Assembly: GCA_035384565.1 (NCBI GenBank)
Contig: DAOOIT010000017.1
Span: forward strand, 24,579 to 88,578
Source: Planctomycetota bacterium
GTDB lineage: Bacteria; Planctomycetota; PUPC01; DSUN01
Length of the DNA stretch: 64,000 nucleotides
Direction: 5' to 3'
Part shown: in pieces, positions 20,608 to 30,214 of the stretch
How positions within the stretch are numbered: the stretch's first letter is position 1
Layout of the letters: every line of letters starts with the position of its first letter
Notes under the pieces: model-generated
Databases searched by the model: none
Told to the model about the DNA's origin: nothing
The model's input: only the letters and a program-made list of their open reading frames with translations
Program-made: the position numbers and the translations under genes

Positions 20608-20877
20608 CTACTTGCGGATCCCCAGCCGCTTCACCACCAACGTGTACCGGTCCGGACTGACGCGGTGCAGATACCGCAGCAGCCGGGTGCGCCGGCCCAC
20701 CATCAGCAGCAGGCCGCGTCGCGAGGTGTGGTCCTTGCGGTGGGACTTCAGGTGTTCGGCCAGATGGTTGATGCGTTCCGTCAGCAGCGCCACTTGCACC
20801 TCGGGCGACCCCGTGTCCTGGTCATGCACCCGATACGTGCCGATGAGTTCGCTCTTCTTCGTTCCGTCCATCGTCAT
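20608..20877 (-). CDS. rpsO: 30S ribosomal protein S15
   Basis: S15 signature ...[14 protein letters not shown].... Start may be 20877 or 20895. Confidence 0.9.
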   Translation of the reverse strand: MTMDGTKKSELIGTYRVHDQDTGSPEVQVALLTERINHLAEHLKSHRKDHTSRRGLLLMVGRRTRLLRYLHRVSPDRYTLVVKRLGIRK

Positions 20878-21050
20878 AGACAGCGTGTCCTTCACCTAGC
20901 GCGGGGCTTCCACGCGCGCCCGCTCGTGCAGTGTTCGTCACATTATAGCGTTTCGGGGGGTGCCGATCAACTGCAAACAGCGTTCTTGAATCCAGCGATC
21001 CCTTCTGCTACCATCGGGGGTGGAGCATCGCGGGCGGAGGACTCACGCCG

Positions 21051-23417
21051 ATGGCACGCTGGATTCTGCTGCTGCTGGGGGCCGTGGGGGCGCTGGCGGC
21101 GCCGCGGGCCGGTGCCGCCGCCGAGGCCCCGCTGGCGCGGGTGGCCTGGCCCATTCCCGCGGCGGCCTGGCGCGTGCCCCTGGGCCGCTGCGAGCGGGGC
21201 GTGCCGCTGGGCGGCTTCGGGGCGGGGAGCTTCATGCTGAACTCCGGCGGCTCGTTCGGCCCCTGGCACTTCCAGCCGGGGGCGCCCGAGTCGGGCCGCC
21301 GGCTTGCCGGGGCCGCGTTCCACTTCTACGAGAGGCCCGAGGGCGGGGCCGCGCGCGTGGCCACCCTGGCCGCCCAGCCGCCGATGCCGGGATGGGCGCC
21401 GCTGCCGCCCGGCTCGGGCTCCTACGCCGCGCTCTATCCCAAGGGCTGGTTCACGTATTCGGGCTTCGCGGCCGACCTGGCGATGAAGTTCCTCAGCCCC
21501 ATCCTGCGCGGCAACGCGCGCGAGACGAGCTATCCCGTGGCCCTCTTCGAGTTCGCCATCGCCAACCCCACGGCGCGCAAACTCGATGTGGCCGTGCTCT
21601 TCACCTTTCCCAATGCCGCCGCGCACACGGCCGAGCTGCGCACCGGCTTCCTGAGCGTCGCCCGCGCCGCCCCCGAGAAGGGCATCGTGGGAGTCGTGCT
21701 CGGCGCCCGCCACGACCGCAACCCGCCGACCACGCAGGGCACCGAATGGTGCCTCGCCGCGCGGGCCGAGCGGGGCGGCGAGGTCTCCCACGCCGCCTCG
21801 TGGAACGCCATGGCCAGCGGGGGCGACGTGCTGGGCGCCTTCGCCGCCGACGGCCGGCTGCCCAACCAGCCCCTCGACGCCACGGCGAGCGCCGGGGCCG
21901 TGGCCTTCCGCGCCACGCTCGAGCCCAAGGCCTCCATCACCGTGCCGTTCGCCCTGAGCTGGGACTTTCCCCGCGTGGCCCTCGGGCCCACCCAGTGGCA
22001 GCGGCGCTACACCGAGTATTTCAGCCAGGCCGACGGCAACGCCTTCGCCCTGGCGTGCGAGGCCCTGACGCGCCACGCCGAGTGGGAGGCCGGGGTGGAC
22101 GCCTGGATGCGCCCCGTGCTCGACGAGCCGCTCTACCCCGACTGGCTCAAGCAGGCCGCCTTCAACGAGCTCTACTACGAGAGCTTCGGCGGCGCCTTCT
22201 GGGAGGCCGGCTGCCTCACCACGCCCGAGGAGTTCCGGGGCCTCCACCCTGAGGACAACAAGCACTTCCTCCTCGCCTGCCCCTCCGAGCCGTTCTGCGA
22301 GCCGCTGGCGTGGCGCTTCGCCGCCCAGCGCGCGCGGCTGGCCCTCTGGCCCCAGATCGAGCGCGACGTGCTCCTGGCCTACGCCGACCTGATTGACGCC
22401 ACCACCGCCTTCGCCTGCGACCTGGGCACGCCCAGCGGCAACCCTTTCCTGGCCGGCAACGCCTCGCCCGACGCGGCCCGCGAGGCCAAGGACCTGCCCG
22501 CCCTGTTCATCCTCCAGGCCTACGCCTACTACCGCGCCACGGGCGACCGGGACTTCCTCATCCACGTCTGGTCCGCCTGCAAGAAGTGCTTCGCCGCGCT
22601 GCGCGCCGCCGACACCTATGGCTACGGGTTGCCCGGCCACAATGGCGACGACACGCTCACCTCGCCCTGCCCGCTCCAGGGCGTGTCGCTGCTGGGCGGC
22701 GGCCTGTGCGCCGCCGCCCTCGAGGCCCTGGCGCAGCTCGCCACGGCCTGCGAGGACCGCGACGCCGATGCCATCCGCCGCCTGGCGTCCCTGGCCCGCG
22801 CCAACCTCGATCGCCAGCTCTGGCGCCCGCGGCTCGGCTACTACGCCATCGACACCCACTCGCGCCAGTCCGACGCCATCGCCGCCGGCGCCCTGTCGGG
22901 CATTCGCTTCGCCCAGGGGGCGGGCCTCCCCCCCCTGCTTCCCGCCGAGCGCCTCCAGCCGCACCTGCGGCAGGTCTACCTGCGCTGCGTCAAGCCGCTC
23001 CGCGACGCCACCGGCGACGGTGCGCCCGACGTGGGCGCCCTGAACGTCGTCGGCACCGACCGCTGCCCGCCCGGCATCGGGCGCTGCCTCGAGGTCTCGG
23101 TGGCCGACACCTACCGCCTCGCGGCCACGCTCTACCACGTCGGCCGCCAGCGTGGCGACCAGGAGCTCGTTGCCAATGCCCTTCAGACCGCTTTCGGCGC
23201 CTACTACCAGACCTGGGCCGTCGAGCCCGACAAGCCCTATTGGGCCTTCGAAACGCCCCAGGCCTGGCACGCCACCAACCCCGCCCACGCCCGCGCCACC
23301 CAGCACATCGAGCCGCGCGCCGTGTGGGACCTGCTGCTCGAGATCAAGGACCCCTACGCGCCGCCCCCCGAGGCGCCCGCCACGCCGGCCGCCGCCACGC
23401 CGGCCGTCAAGGAGTGA
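21051..23417 (+). CDS. GH116-like (GBA2-type beta-glucosidase/glucosylceramidase family) secreted protein
   Basis: Signal peptide, then the GH116 N-terminal motif VPLGGFGAGSF...GPWHF. Confidence 0.55.
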   Translation: MARWILLLLGAVGALAAPRAGAAAEAPLARVAWPIPAAAWRVPLGRCERGVPLGGFGAGSFMLNSGGSFGPWHFQPGAPESGRRLAGAAFHFYERPEGGAARVATLAAQPPMPGWAPLPPGSGSYAALYPKGWFTYSGFAADLAMKFLSPILRGNARETSYPVALFEFAIANPTARKLDVAVLFTFPNAAAHTAELRTGFLSVARAAPEKGIVGVVLGARHDRNPPTTQGTEWCLAARAERGGEVSHAASWNAMASGGDVLGAFAADGRLPNQPLDATASAGAVAFRATLEPKASITVPFALSWDFPRVALGPTQWQRRYTEYFSQADGNAFALACEALTRHAEWEAGVDAWMRPVLDEPLYPDWLKQAAFNELYYESFGGAFWEAGCLTTPEEFRGLHPEDNKHFLLACPSEPFCEPLAWRFAAQRARLALWPQIERDVLLAYADLIDATTAFACDLGTPSGNPFLAGNASPDAAREAKDLPALFILQAYAYYRATGDRDFLIHVWSACKKCFAALRAADTYGYGLPGHNGDDTLTSPCPLQGVSLLGGGLCAAALEALAQLATACEDRDADAIRRLASLARANLDRQLWRPRLGYYAIDTHSRQSDAIAAGALSGIRFAQGAGLPPLLPAERLQPHLRQVYLRCVKPLRDATGDGAPDVGALNVVGTDRCPPGIGRCLEVSVADTYRLAATLYHVGRQRGDQELVANALQTAFGAYYQTWAVEPDKPYWAFETPQAWHATNPAHARATQHIEPRAVWDLLLEIKDPYAPPPEAPATPAAATPAVKE

Positions 23418-23420
23418 GCC

Positions 23421-24230
23421 ATGGGCGCTCCCCTGAGCCGCGCGCGAGCCGCGATCAACGGAATGGGCGCCCTGCTGCGCGACCTGCTGCGCCCCACGAA
23501 CCTCCTGGCCGTCGTCGTGTTGCTCACCCTCTCGTACATCGGCATCACCTACCTGATGGCCAGCTACCGCCAGGCGCGGCTGGACCGCGAGCGGCGGGAG
23601 CTCGAGGAGGCCGTTGCCGACCTCCGGCAGCGCAACGACGCCCTGCGCCGCGCCGTGCGCCAGCTCGAGGCCCAGAACGCCGAGCTACGCACCTTCGTGG
23701 CGCGCCTGGGCGCCGAATCGCGCGTGGCGCAGGTGCGCGTGGTGGGCCAGCGCCTCGACTCGCAGAACGTGCCGCTCTGGACCTTCGAGTTCACCGAGAA
23801 CGACCGCGCGGGCAAGCCGCTGGCCGCCAAGGTGCTCACCGTGCGCGGCGCCGAGGTGTACTTCGACGCGCTCGTGATCAAGTTCACCGACGATCTCGTC
23901 AAGGTGGGGGACCCGCTGCGGGGGCGGTCGCTGCACTTCTTCCGCCGGGCCTTCGGCTCGGCCCAGGAGCCGCGCGAGGGCCCCATGCTCGCCGCCTCGG
24001 GCAGCGTGGTGCCCGACGCCTATCGTTCGGGTGCGGCGCCTTCGGCCTTCGAGCAGGCCCTGTGGCTGCGCTTCTGGCATTGGGCCGAGCACCCCGACGA
24101 GGCCGAGGCCGAGGGCATCCGCGTGGCCCAGATCGAGGCCGTGGGCATCCGCCCCGTGCCCGGCGCCACCTACCGCATCACGCTGGAGCACGACGGCGGG
24201 CTGAACATCAAACGAGAGCTGCCGCGATAG
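23421..24230 (+). CDS. Membrane-anchored coiled-coil protein (hypothetical)
   Basis: TM helix then a heptad-rich region. Start is 4 nt after the upstream stop. Confidence 0.5.
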   Translation: MGAPLSRARAAINGMGALLRDLLRPTNLLAVVVLLTLSYIGITYLMASYRQARLDRERRELEEAVADLRQRNDALRRAVRQLEAQNAELRTFVARLGAESRVAQVRVVGQRLDSQNVPLWTFEFTENDRAGKPLAAKVLTVRGAEVYFDALVIKFTDDLVKVGDPLRGRSLHFFRRAFGSAQEPREGPMLAASGSVVPDAYRSGAAPSAFEQALWLRFWHWAEHPDEAEAEGIRVAQIEAVGIRPVPGATYRITLEHDGGLNIKRELPR

Positions 24231-24301
24231 CGGAGACCAGTCGGCAGGCAGCGGTCAGCAGCAAGATCAAGAATGCATCCCTGACGGTAGGAGATGACCC
24301 G

Positions 24302-24688
24302 ATGCCTGAGCGAGGGAGCGCGGCGGGCTTCAGGGGTCTCAAGGTCTATCAGCGGGCATACCAACTGGCCATGGAGATCTTCCGAATCACCAAGAGGTTC
24401 CCGCCTGCGGAACGGTACTCGCTCACGGACCAGATTCGCCGAACGTCGCGAAGCGTGGCGGCCAACATCGCGGAAGGCTATCGCAAGCGCAGGTACGTGA
24501 ACGTCTTCGTGCTCAAGCTGACCGACTCGGATGGCGAGGCTGCCGAGACGCAAGTGTGGCTGGACTTCTTGCGCGATTGTGGCTACATCAGCGCGGAGCA
24601 GCGCAATGAACTGGTGACCGGCTACGAAGAGGTGGGCCGAATGCTGGGCGGCATGATCGAACGCCCGGAGCGCTTCTGCCCCCCGTAA
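24302..24688 (+). CDS. Four-helix-bundle protein (TIGR02436-like; 23S rRNA IVS protein family)
   Basis: 128-aa tail of a long GC-frame ORF. AGGAG RBS. LKVYQRAYQLAMEIF...SVAANIAEGY motifs. Confidence 0.7.
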   Translation: MPERGSAAGFRGLKVYQRAYQLAMEIFRITKRFPPAERYSLTDQIRRTSRSVAANIAEGYRKRRYVNVFVLKLTDSDGEAAETQVWLDFLRDCGYISAEQRNELVTGYEEVGRMLGGMIERPERFCPP

Positions 24689-24702
24689 CAGTGGTCCTTC
24701 TC

Positions 24703-25515
24703 TTACTGCCGACTGCCGGTCGCCTTCGCGAGTCGCTGCCAGGAGAACATCTGCGCCGCCCACTTGCGGAACCGGCCCCAGGCGGTCATTTCGTCGAGCG
24801 CCTCGAGTGCCGGCGCATAGCCCGGGCGGCGGGCCAGGGCCTGGCGGTAGGCGTCGCGCGCGGCGGCAAGGTGGCCCAGGGCGCGATGGCAGTCGCCCGT
24901 GAGCTTCCACACGAAGGGGTTGGCCGGCACGGCCTGGGCGGCGAGCGCGAGCCGCTCGAGCGCGCGCCCGTGGCGGCCCCATCGCATGAGGCAAAGGGCC
25001 GCGCGAAAGTCGGCCCGCCAGTGGCTCGGGTCGGCCTGGCGAGCCTTCTCGAAGCACGCCTCGGCGCTCTCGATCGTGCCCCAGACGCTGGTGGCCAGCA
25101 CCACCTCGGCGCGCGCGAGCCAGGTGAACAGGCCGGCGCCCTGGTGCTTCACGGCGATGTCGGAGTGGTGGTAGGCCGCCTCGAAGTGGCCCTGATGTGC
25201 CAGCACGAGGGCCTTGGCGGCGTAGAAGAGCGGCACCTTGCCGTACGAGGCCAGGGCCTCGGTCGCCACGGCGTCGGCGCGGGGCAGGTCGCCGGCGCGC
25301 AGGCAGGCGTCCGCCTCGGCCGCCCAGGCCTCGAAGAGCGAGGGGTCGTGGCGCCGCGCCGCGCGGAAGTCGCGGGCCGCCGCCTCGAACTCGCCCTCGT
25401 AGAACCGCCGCTCGCCCGAGCGCATCAGCCCGTCGGCAGGATGCGGGCTCGGGATCTCCTCGGTTGCCGTATCCTCTCTCGCGGGATCGGGTGGGAACTC
25501 AAGCCACGATGACAT
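24703..25515 (-). CDS. TPR repeat protein
   Basis: Repeated A/Y/L patterns typical of TPR repeats. Start at ATG 25515 (MSSWLEF). Confidence 0.6.
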   Translation of the reverse strand: MSSWLEFPPDPAREDTATEEIPSPHPADGLMRSGERRFYEGEFEAAARDFRAARRHDPSLFEAWAAEADACLRAGDLPRADAVATEALASYGKVPLFYAAKALVLAHQGHFEAAYHHSDIAVKHQGAGLFTWLARAEVVLATSVWGTIESAEACFEKARQADPSHWRADFRAALCLMRWGRHGRALERLALAAQAVPANPFVWKLTGDCHRALGHLAAARDAYRQALARRPGYAPALEALDEMTAWGRFRKWAAQMFSWQRLAKATGSRQ

Positions 25516-25592
25516 GATCTGGTCGCGCCTGCCTACAGCCGATGGGTCTCCAGCTCCCTGCCCTCCGCGCTGCCGACTGGTAGCTGCCGACT

Positions 25593-26843
25593 TCAGCCTT
25601 TCTCCGTCTTCCCCGCCACGCCCGCCCACACGCCCGCGATCGGGGTGCCGCAGCCCGGGCACTTGCCGTCCTTGAGCTCTACCGCGCCGATGCTGTAGCG
25701 CACGCGGCGGATGAGATAGCGGTCGCACTTGGGGCAGCGGGTGCTCTCGCCAGGATGGCCGCCGGGACGCGAGACGTTGCCGACGTAGACGTAGCGCAGG
25801 CCCTCCTTGCGGCTGACCTCCCAGAGGCGCTCAACGGTCTCGGGCGGGGTGCGCTCGAGGTCGCGCAGCTTGTAGGTGGGGAAGAAGGCGCTGTAGTGCA
25901 GCGGCACGTCGGGGCCCAGCTCGCCGCAGATCCATTTCGCCATCTCGCGCACTTCCTTCGGGTCATCGTTGTGCGTGGGGATGACGAGGTAGACGATCTC
26001 GAACCACATCTTCTTCTTCGCCAGGAGCTTGAGCGTGTCGAGCACGGGCTGGAGCTTGCCGTGGACGAGCTTCTTGTAGAACCTTTCGGTGTAGGCCTTG
26101 AGGTCAATCTTCACGGCGCTCAGCACGTCGCAGAGCTTCTCCATCGGCTCGGGCGTGATGTAGCCGTTGGAGATCATCACGCTCTCGATGCCCTTGGCGC
26201 GGGCCGCCTTGGCCGTATCGAACATGTACTCGTAGTAGACGACCGGCTCGGTGTAGGTGAAGGCGATGGTGCGGGCGCGCAGCGGGCCGTCGGTGAAGTA
26301 GCTGCGGCGCGGCAGCGCGGCGTCGGCCACGAGCGCGTCGGGCGGGAGGTTGAGGTTGCGCGTCTGCTCGGGCCGCACCTGCGAGATCTCCCAGTTCTGG
26401 CAGAACAGACACTCGACGTTGCAGCCGGCCGTGGCGATCGAGTAGGCCCAGGTGCCGGGCAGGAAGTGAAAGAGCGGCTTCTTCTCGATGGGGTCCACGT
26501 TGCGGGCGCAGGGGTTGCCGTAGACGAGCGTGTGGTAGACGCCGCCGCGGTTCTCGCGGACGCCGCAGTAGCCGCGCTCCTGGTCGCCCACTTCGCAGAG
26601 GTTGGGGCACAGGGTGCAGCGGACGCGCCCCTCGGGCAGCTTCTCGTAGAAGCGGGCCTCGGGCGCCTGCCAGATGCCGCCGAGCGTGGCGAGCCCAGGC
26701 TCGTCTTGGCCCGAGGCCGGGCGCAGCAGCGCAGTGGCGCCGGCCCCAGCGGCCAGCGCGCAGCCGCCCAGGGCGCAGTGCCGCACGAACTCGCGGCGGG
26801 ACAGATTGCGGACCGGTGATTGCGGGTTGCGGATTGCGGGCAT
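25593..26843 (-). CDS. Radical SAM enzyme (PflA-like, AmmeMemoRadiSam-type) with N-terminal Tat signal
   Basis: CNVECLFCQNWEIS rSAM cluster and upstream CTLCPNLC...YCGV Cys pairs. About 60-aa N-terminal extension with SRREFVRH plus a hydrophobic core. Confidence 0.7.
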   Translation of the reverse strand: MPAIRNPQSPVRNLSRREFVRHCALGGCALAAGAGATALLRPASGQDEPGLATLGGIWQAPEARFYEKLPEGRVRCTLCPNLCEVGDQERGYCGVRENRGGVYHTLVYGNPCARNVDPIEKKPLFHFLPGTWAYSIATAGCNVECLFCQNWEISQVRPEQTRNLNLPPDALVADAALPRRSYFTDGPLRARTIAFTYTEPVVYYEYMFDTAKAARAKGIESVMISNGYITPEPMEKLCDVLSAVKIDLKAYTERFYKKLVHGKLQPVLDTLKLLAKKKMWFEIVYLVIPTHNDDPKEVREMAKWICGELGPDVPLHYSAFFPTYKLRDLERTPPETVERLWEVSRKEGLRYVYVGNVSRPGGHPGESTRCPKCDRYLIRRVRYSIGAVELKDGKCPGCGTPIAGVWAGVAGKTEKG

Positions 26844-26876
26844 TTCGGTCCCTTCTCACGCGTCACACGTCACGCG

Positions 26877-27881
26877 TCAGACGGCCGCCCTCACTAGCTC
26901 GATGCGGTTCGGATCATTCGTCCCCAGCTTGGCCTCGGCGGCGAGGGCGATGTGCTTGGGCTCGCGCTTGGAGCCGAGGAGGGTTTCGAGGTTGTTGGCC
27001 TTGCGGAGTTCTTCGATCTTCTGCCAGGCCACCTGGTCGAGGGCCACGGGGTCGCGGCTGGCATAGAGGGTGCCCAGGCGCTCGATCCACTTGGGCGGCG
27101 GCGTGGGGCCGCCGTGGTAGCAGCCGAAGGTGGCGTCGCAGAGGTGCAGCACGGTCTTGCGGCGGATGTCGTCGTGGCGATTCACGTCGGCGATGGCCTG
27201 GTGGAGGTTGGCGAAGTGGTACTTGTTGGGGTTGTGGATGGCGCCGAAGAAGCTCTTGAGGCAGACGGTCACGCCGGCCAGGTCGTGGTCCTTGAGGACG
27301 GGGACGTTGATGATGACGGAGCAGGTGTCGGTGACGAGCTTGGAGAAGAACGAGCCGATCTCGCCGACCTCGATGAGGGGCGGGGCGAAGCCGAGCACGC
27401 GGTCGTCGTTGCCCACGAGGCGGAAGTCGTCGCCGCCTTCCGCGGGGTAGCCGGCGCGCGTGAGGTCGCTGAGCTTGCGGTCCCACACGAGGATGCGCTG
27501 CGGGCGCACCTCGGCGGCCTGGAGGCCGCGGGCGATGGCGCGGACGATTTCGATGCGGGTAGAGAGGCGCTCGCCGGCGAGGCAACTGGCCTTGATGCCC
27601 ACCGTGTCGTTAGGCTTCACGAAGTGCCGCCAGGCGGCCGCGGCGCTCTTCTCGCCCGTGAGCGAGCACACCGCGGCGTCCACCAGGTCCTGCGCCGCGT
27701 CCTGCTTGAGCGCATTGCCATCGCCGAATACCTTGCTGCTCGTGGCGGCGACGACGCGGCTCTTGTCATCCGCCGCGAGGCCCCAGGCGGGCAGTGCGGC
27801 GCCGACGGCGAGGCTGGTCTTGAGAAAGGCGCGGCGGCCTAGAGTGGGGAGTGGGGAGTGCGGAGTGCGGAATTCAGGCAT
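26877..27881 (-). CDS. DUF362 domain protein with Tat signal
   Basis: LGRRAFLKTSLAVGAALPAWGLAA twin-arginine signal. DUF362-like core. Confidence 0.6.
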   Translation of the reverse strand: MPEFRTPHSPLPTLGRRAFLKTSLAVGAALPAWGLAADDKSRVVAATSSKVFGDGNALKQDAAQDLVDAAVCSLTGEKSAAAAWRHFVKPNDTVGIKASCLAGERLSTRIEIVRAIARGLQAAEVRPQRILVWDRKLSDLTRAGYPAEGGDDFRLVGNDDRVLGFAPPLIEVGEIGSFFSKLVTDTCSVIINVPVLKDHDLAGVTVCLKSFFGAIHNPNKYHFANLHQAIADVNRHDDIRRKTVLHLCDATFGCYHGGPTPPPKWIERLGTLYASRDPVALDQVAWQKIEELRKANNLETLLGSKREPKHIALAAEAKLGTNDPNRIELVRAAV

Positions 27882-27914
27882 CTCTTGGGCTTCTCACGCG
27901 GGACACGGCACGCA

Positions 27915-29132
27915 TCACGTCTTGCGGATCTCCTCGTCGGTGAGGAAGCAGGCGGGGTCGTCGGCCCAGGGGTCGCCGTGGACGACTTCGGCGCGGATGC
28001 GGCAGCCGCCGCAGAGGCCGTTGTACTGGCAGCAACGGCACCGGGGACCTTTGAGGTGCTGCGTCTTGCGCCGCAGCATGGCGAGGAGTTCGTTCTTCTC
28101 GTCGGTCCAGATGGCGGAGAAGGGCCGCTCGCGGACGTTGCCGAGGGTGACGTGGCTCCAGAACTGGCAGGGGTGCACGTTGCCGCTGGCGTCCACGTTG
28201 GCCATCTTGGTGCCGGCGGAGCAGCCGCCGTGGCGGGCGAGGAGTTCGCGCACCTCGGGCAGGCGCGCGGGGGCCTCGGCGGCGAGGCGCTGCTCGATCA
28301 GGATGCCGTCGGCGTGGTTATCGGTGGTGAGCACCTCGGTTTCGATGCCGCGGCGGTGCCAGTCCTTCGTGCGGTCGAGCAGGTGCTCGATCACGCGGCG
28401 GGTCTGGGCGGGGTCGAGGTCGTCGGCGACCATTTCGCGGCCGCGGCCGGCGTAAACCAGGTGGTAGAGGCAGAAGCGCGGCACGCCGCGCTGTTCGACG
28501 AGGTCGAGCACGGCGTCGAGGTCGGCCACGTTGCGGCGGTTGAGGGTGAAGCGGATGCCGGCTTTCACGCCCGCGGCGAGGCAGTTCTGGATGCCGGTCA
28601 GCGCGGCCTCGAGCGCGCCCTTCTTGCGCCGCAGCTCGTCGTGGGTAGCCGCCGTGCCATCAATGGATACGCCGACGTAGGAGAAGCCGACGTCGGCGAT
28701 CTGGCGCGCCACTTCGGGCGTCACGAGGGTGCCGTTGGACGAGAGCACGGCTCGCAGGCCCTGCGCGATGGCGAAGCGGCCGAGTTCGAACACGTCGGGC
28801 CGCTGGAGCGGCTCGCCGCCGGAGAACAGCAGCACCGGGCAGCGCATCGCCGCGATGTCGGTGATGAAGGCCCGGGCCTCCTCGGTCGTCAGCTCGTCGC
28901 GGGCCGCGCGGTCGCTGGCATCAAGGTAGCAGTGGGCGCAGGCCAGGTTGCAGCGCCGCGTGGTGTTCCAGACGACGAGCGGGCGGTTCTCGGTGGTGAA
29001 CTGGAGCAGGTGCGCCTTCTGCCCGGCGTCGTGGCGCATCAGGTCGGCGATGGTGGCGGTGCCGCACAACAGCTTGGTACAACCGATCACGTGGTTCTCC
29101 GGCGTGGTAACCCGTCGGCCCTCATCATGCAT
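27915..29132 (-). CDS. Radical SAM/SPASM-domain protein (anSME-like maturase family)
   Basis: CNLACAHCY rSAM motif and C-terminal CQF...CRCCQYNGLCGGCR SPASM cysteines. Start at ATG 29132 or TTG 29159. Confidence 0.8.
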   Translation of the reverse strand: MHDEGRRVTTPENHVIGCTKLLCGTATIADLMRHDAGQKAHLLQFTTENRPLVVWNTTRRCNLACAHCYLDASDRAARDELTTEEARAFITDIAAMRCPVLLFSGGEPLQRPDVFELGRFAIAQGLRAVLSSNGTLVTPEVARQIADVGFSYVGVSIDGTAATHDELRRKKGALEAALTGIQNCLAAGVKAGIRFTLNRRNVADLDAVLDLVEQRGVPRFCLYHLVYAGRGREMVADDLDPAQTRRVIEHLLDRTKDWHRRGIETEVLTTDNHADGILIEQRLAAEAPARLPEVRELLARHGGCSAGTKMANVDASGNVHPCQFWSHVTLGNVRERPFSAIWTDEKNELLAMLRRKTQHLKGPRCRCCQYNGLCGGCRIRAEVVHGDPWADDPACFLTDEEIRKT

Positions 29133-29210
29133 TATAGCCGTGGGCGCGCGGGGGATCAAGGCGCAAGCCCGCCTGAAACGGGCAGTTAGGGCGAATCGGG
29201 CCGCGGCCGG

Positions 29211-29238
29211 TTGACAATCAGCCCGCGTGTGGTATGAT
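29211..29238 (+). promoter_or_regulatory. Sigma70-like promoter upstream of pspA
   Basis: -35 TTGACA (29211-16), 16-bp spacer, -10 TATGAT (29233-38). Read directly from the sequence. Confidence 0.4.
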
Positions 29239-29419
29239 TCTGATGGACGGCCGAGCCAAGCACTCCGTGCCCGGCCGCGGACACCACGCTTCGAGTGGGA
29301 GCGCAGCCACCGAGTGGTGCTCCAGGCGAGGGAGTGCGTAGCCGCGGCTAACCCCGCGGCGTGCAGGGGTGATCCCGGGATTAGCCTCCCAGGGAGCCCG
29401 GAAGAAAGGAGGAGCCGCC

Positions 29420-30148
29420 ATGGCTGCCGGATTTCTGAAGCGTGTGCGCCGCATTACCATGGGCAAGATCCATGCCTTCCTGGATGCGGTGGAGAACCCC
29501 GAAGAGATCTTCCCGCAGCTCGTGCAGGAGTTGCGCAACGAGTGCCGGAAGGCCGTGGACGCCGAGGCCATCGCGGTCGCGGCGCTCAAGCGGCGACAGC
29601 AGGAGTATGACGACCTCCAGGCCGAGATAGCCAAGTGGGAGCAGCGCGCCGAGCTGGCCGTGCGCGACGGCGACGACGCGCTGGCCCGCACGGCCATCGA
29701 GGGCCAGATGGCGGGCGAGAAGCGCGTGCCCGACCTCCAGCGGGCGCTCGAGCAGGCCCGCGTGGCCGCCAGCCGCGCGCGCGAGGCGCGACAGGACCTC
29801 CACGACAAGCTGCACACCCTCGAGCGCCGGCGCGACGAGATCCTCGCCCGCGCCCGCGCCGCCAAGAGCCAGGCCGAGGTCCAGAAGGTCCTCGCCGGCA
29901 TCGAGGCGGGCTCGGGGGCCAGCATCCTGGATGCCGTGGCTCGCATGGAGGACAAGGTCATCGAGGCCGAGGCCCGCGCCGGCGCCTACGCGGAGGTCGC
30001 CCTCGACCTCAGCGGCGGCGACGCCGAGGCCCGCTTCCGCGAGCTCGAACGCCGGCGGGCCGTCGAGAACCGCCTGCTCGAGCTCAAGCAACGCATCGCC
30101 GGCCGGCTGCCGGCGGGCGAGCCCGACGCGGAGACCCGCGAGTCCTGA
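29420..30148 (+). CDS. pspA: PspA/IM30 family protein
   Basis: Coiled-coil PspA/Vipp1 architecture. AGGAGG RBS. Confidence 0.85.
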   Translation: MAAGFLKRVRRITMGKIHAFLDAVENPEEIFPQLVQELRNECRKAVDAEAIAVAALKRRQQEYDDLQAEIAKWEQRAELAVRDGDDALARTAIEGQMAGEKRVPDLQRALEQARVAASRAREARQDLHDKLHTLERRRDEILARARAAKSQAEVQKVLAGIEAGSGASILDAVARMEDKVIEAEARAGAYAEVALDLSGGDAEARFRELERRRAVENRLLELKQRIAGRLPAGEPDAETRES

Positions 30149-30214
30149 AGTCCCATCGGCGGAAGACGCCGGCTGCGCTCCCACGCCTTCTGTCTCGGGG
30201 GACTCAGGACGGAG

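Noticed and set aside
22586-24688. 700-aa plus-strand ORF
   Set aside because: Only the last 128 aa (24302-24688) look like a real protein, the four-helix-bundle family member with its own RBS. The upstream part is an Arg/Pro/Ala-rich out-of-frame read through the GH116-like gene and the membrane protein gene.
25593-26843. Calling this rSAM the core of an AmmeMemoRadiSam system
   Set aside because: The enzyme resembles that family, but no AMMECR1 or Memo-like genes are adjacent. The neighbours are DUF362 and a SPASM rSAM, so the canonical system assignment is not supported.
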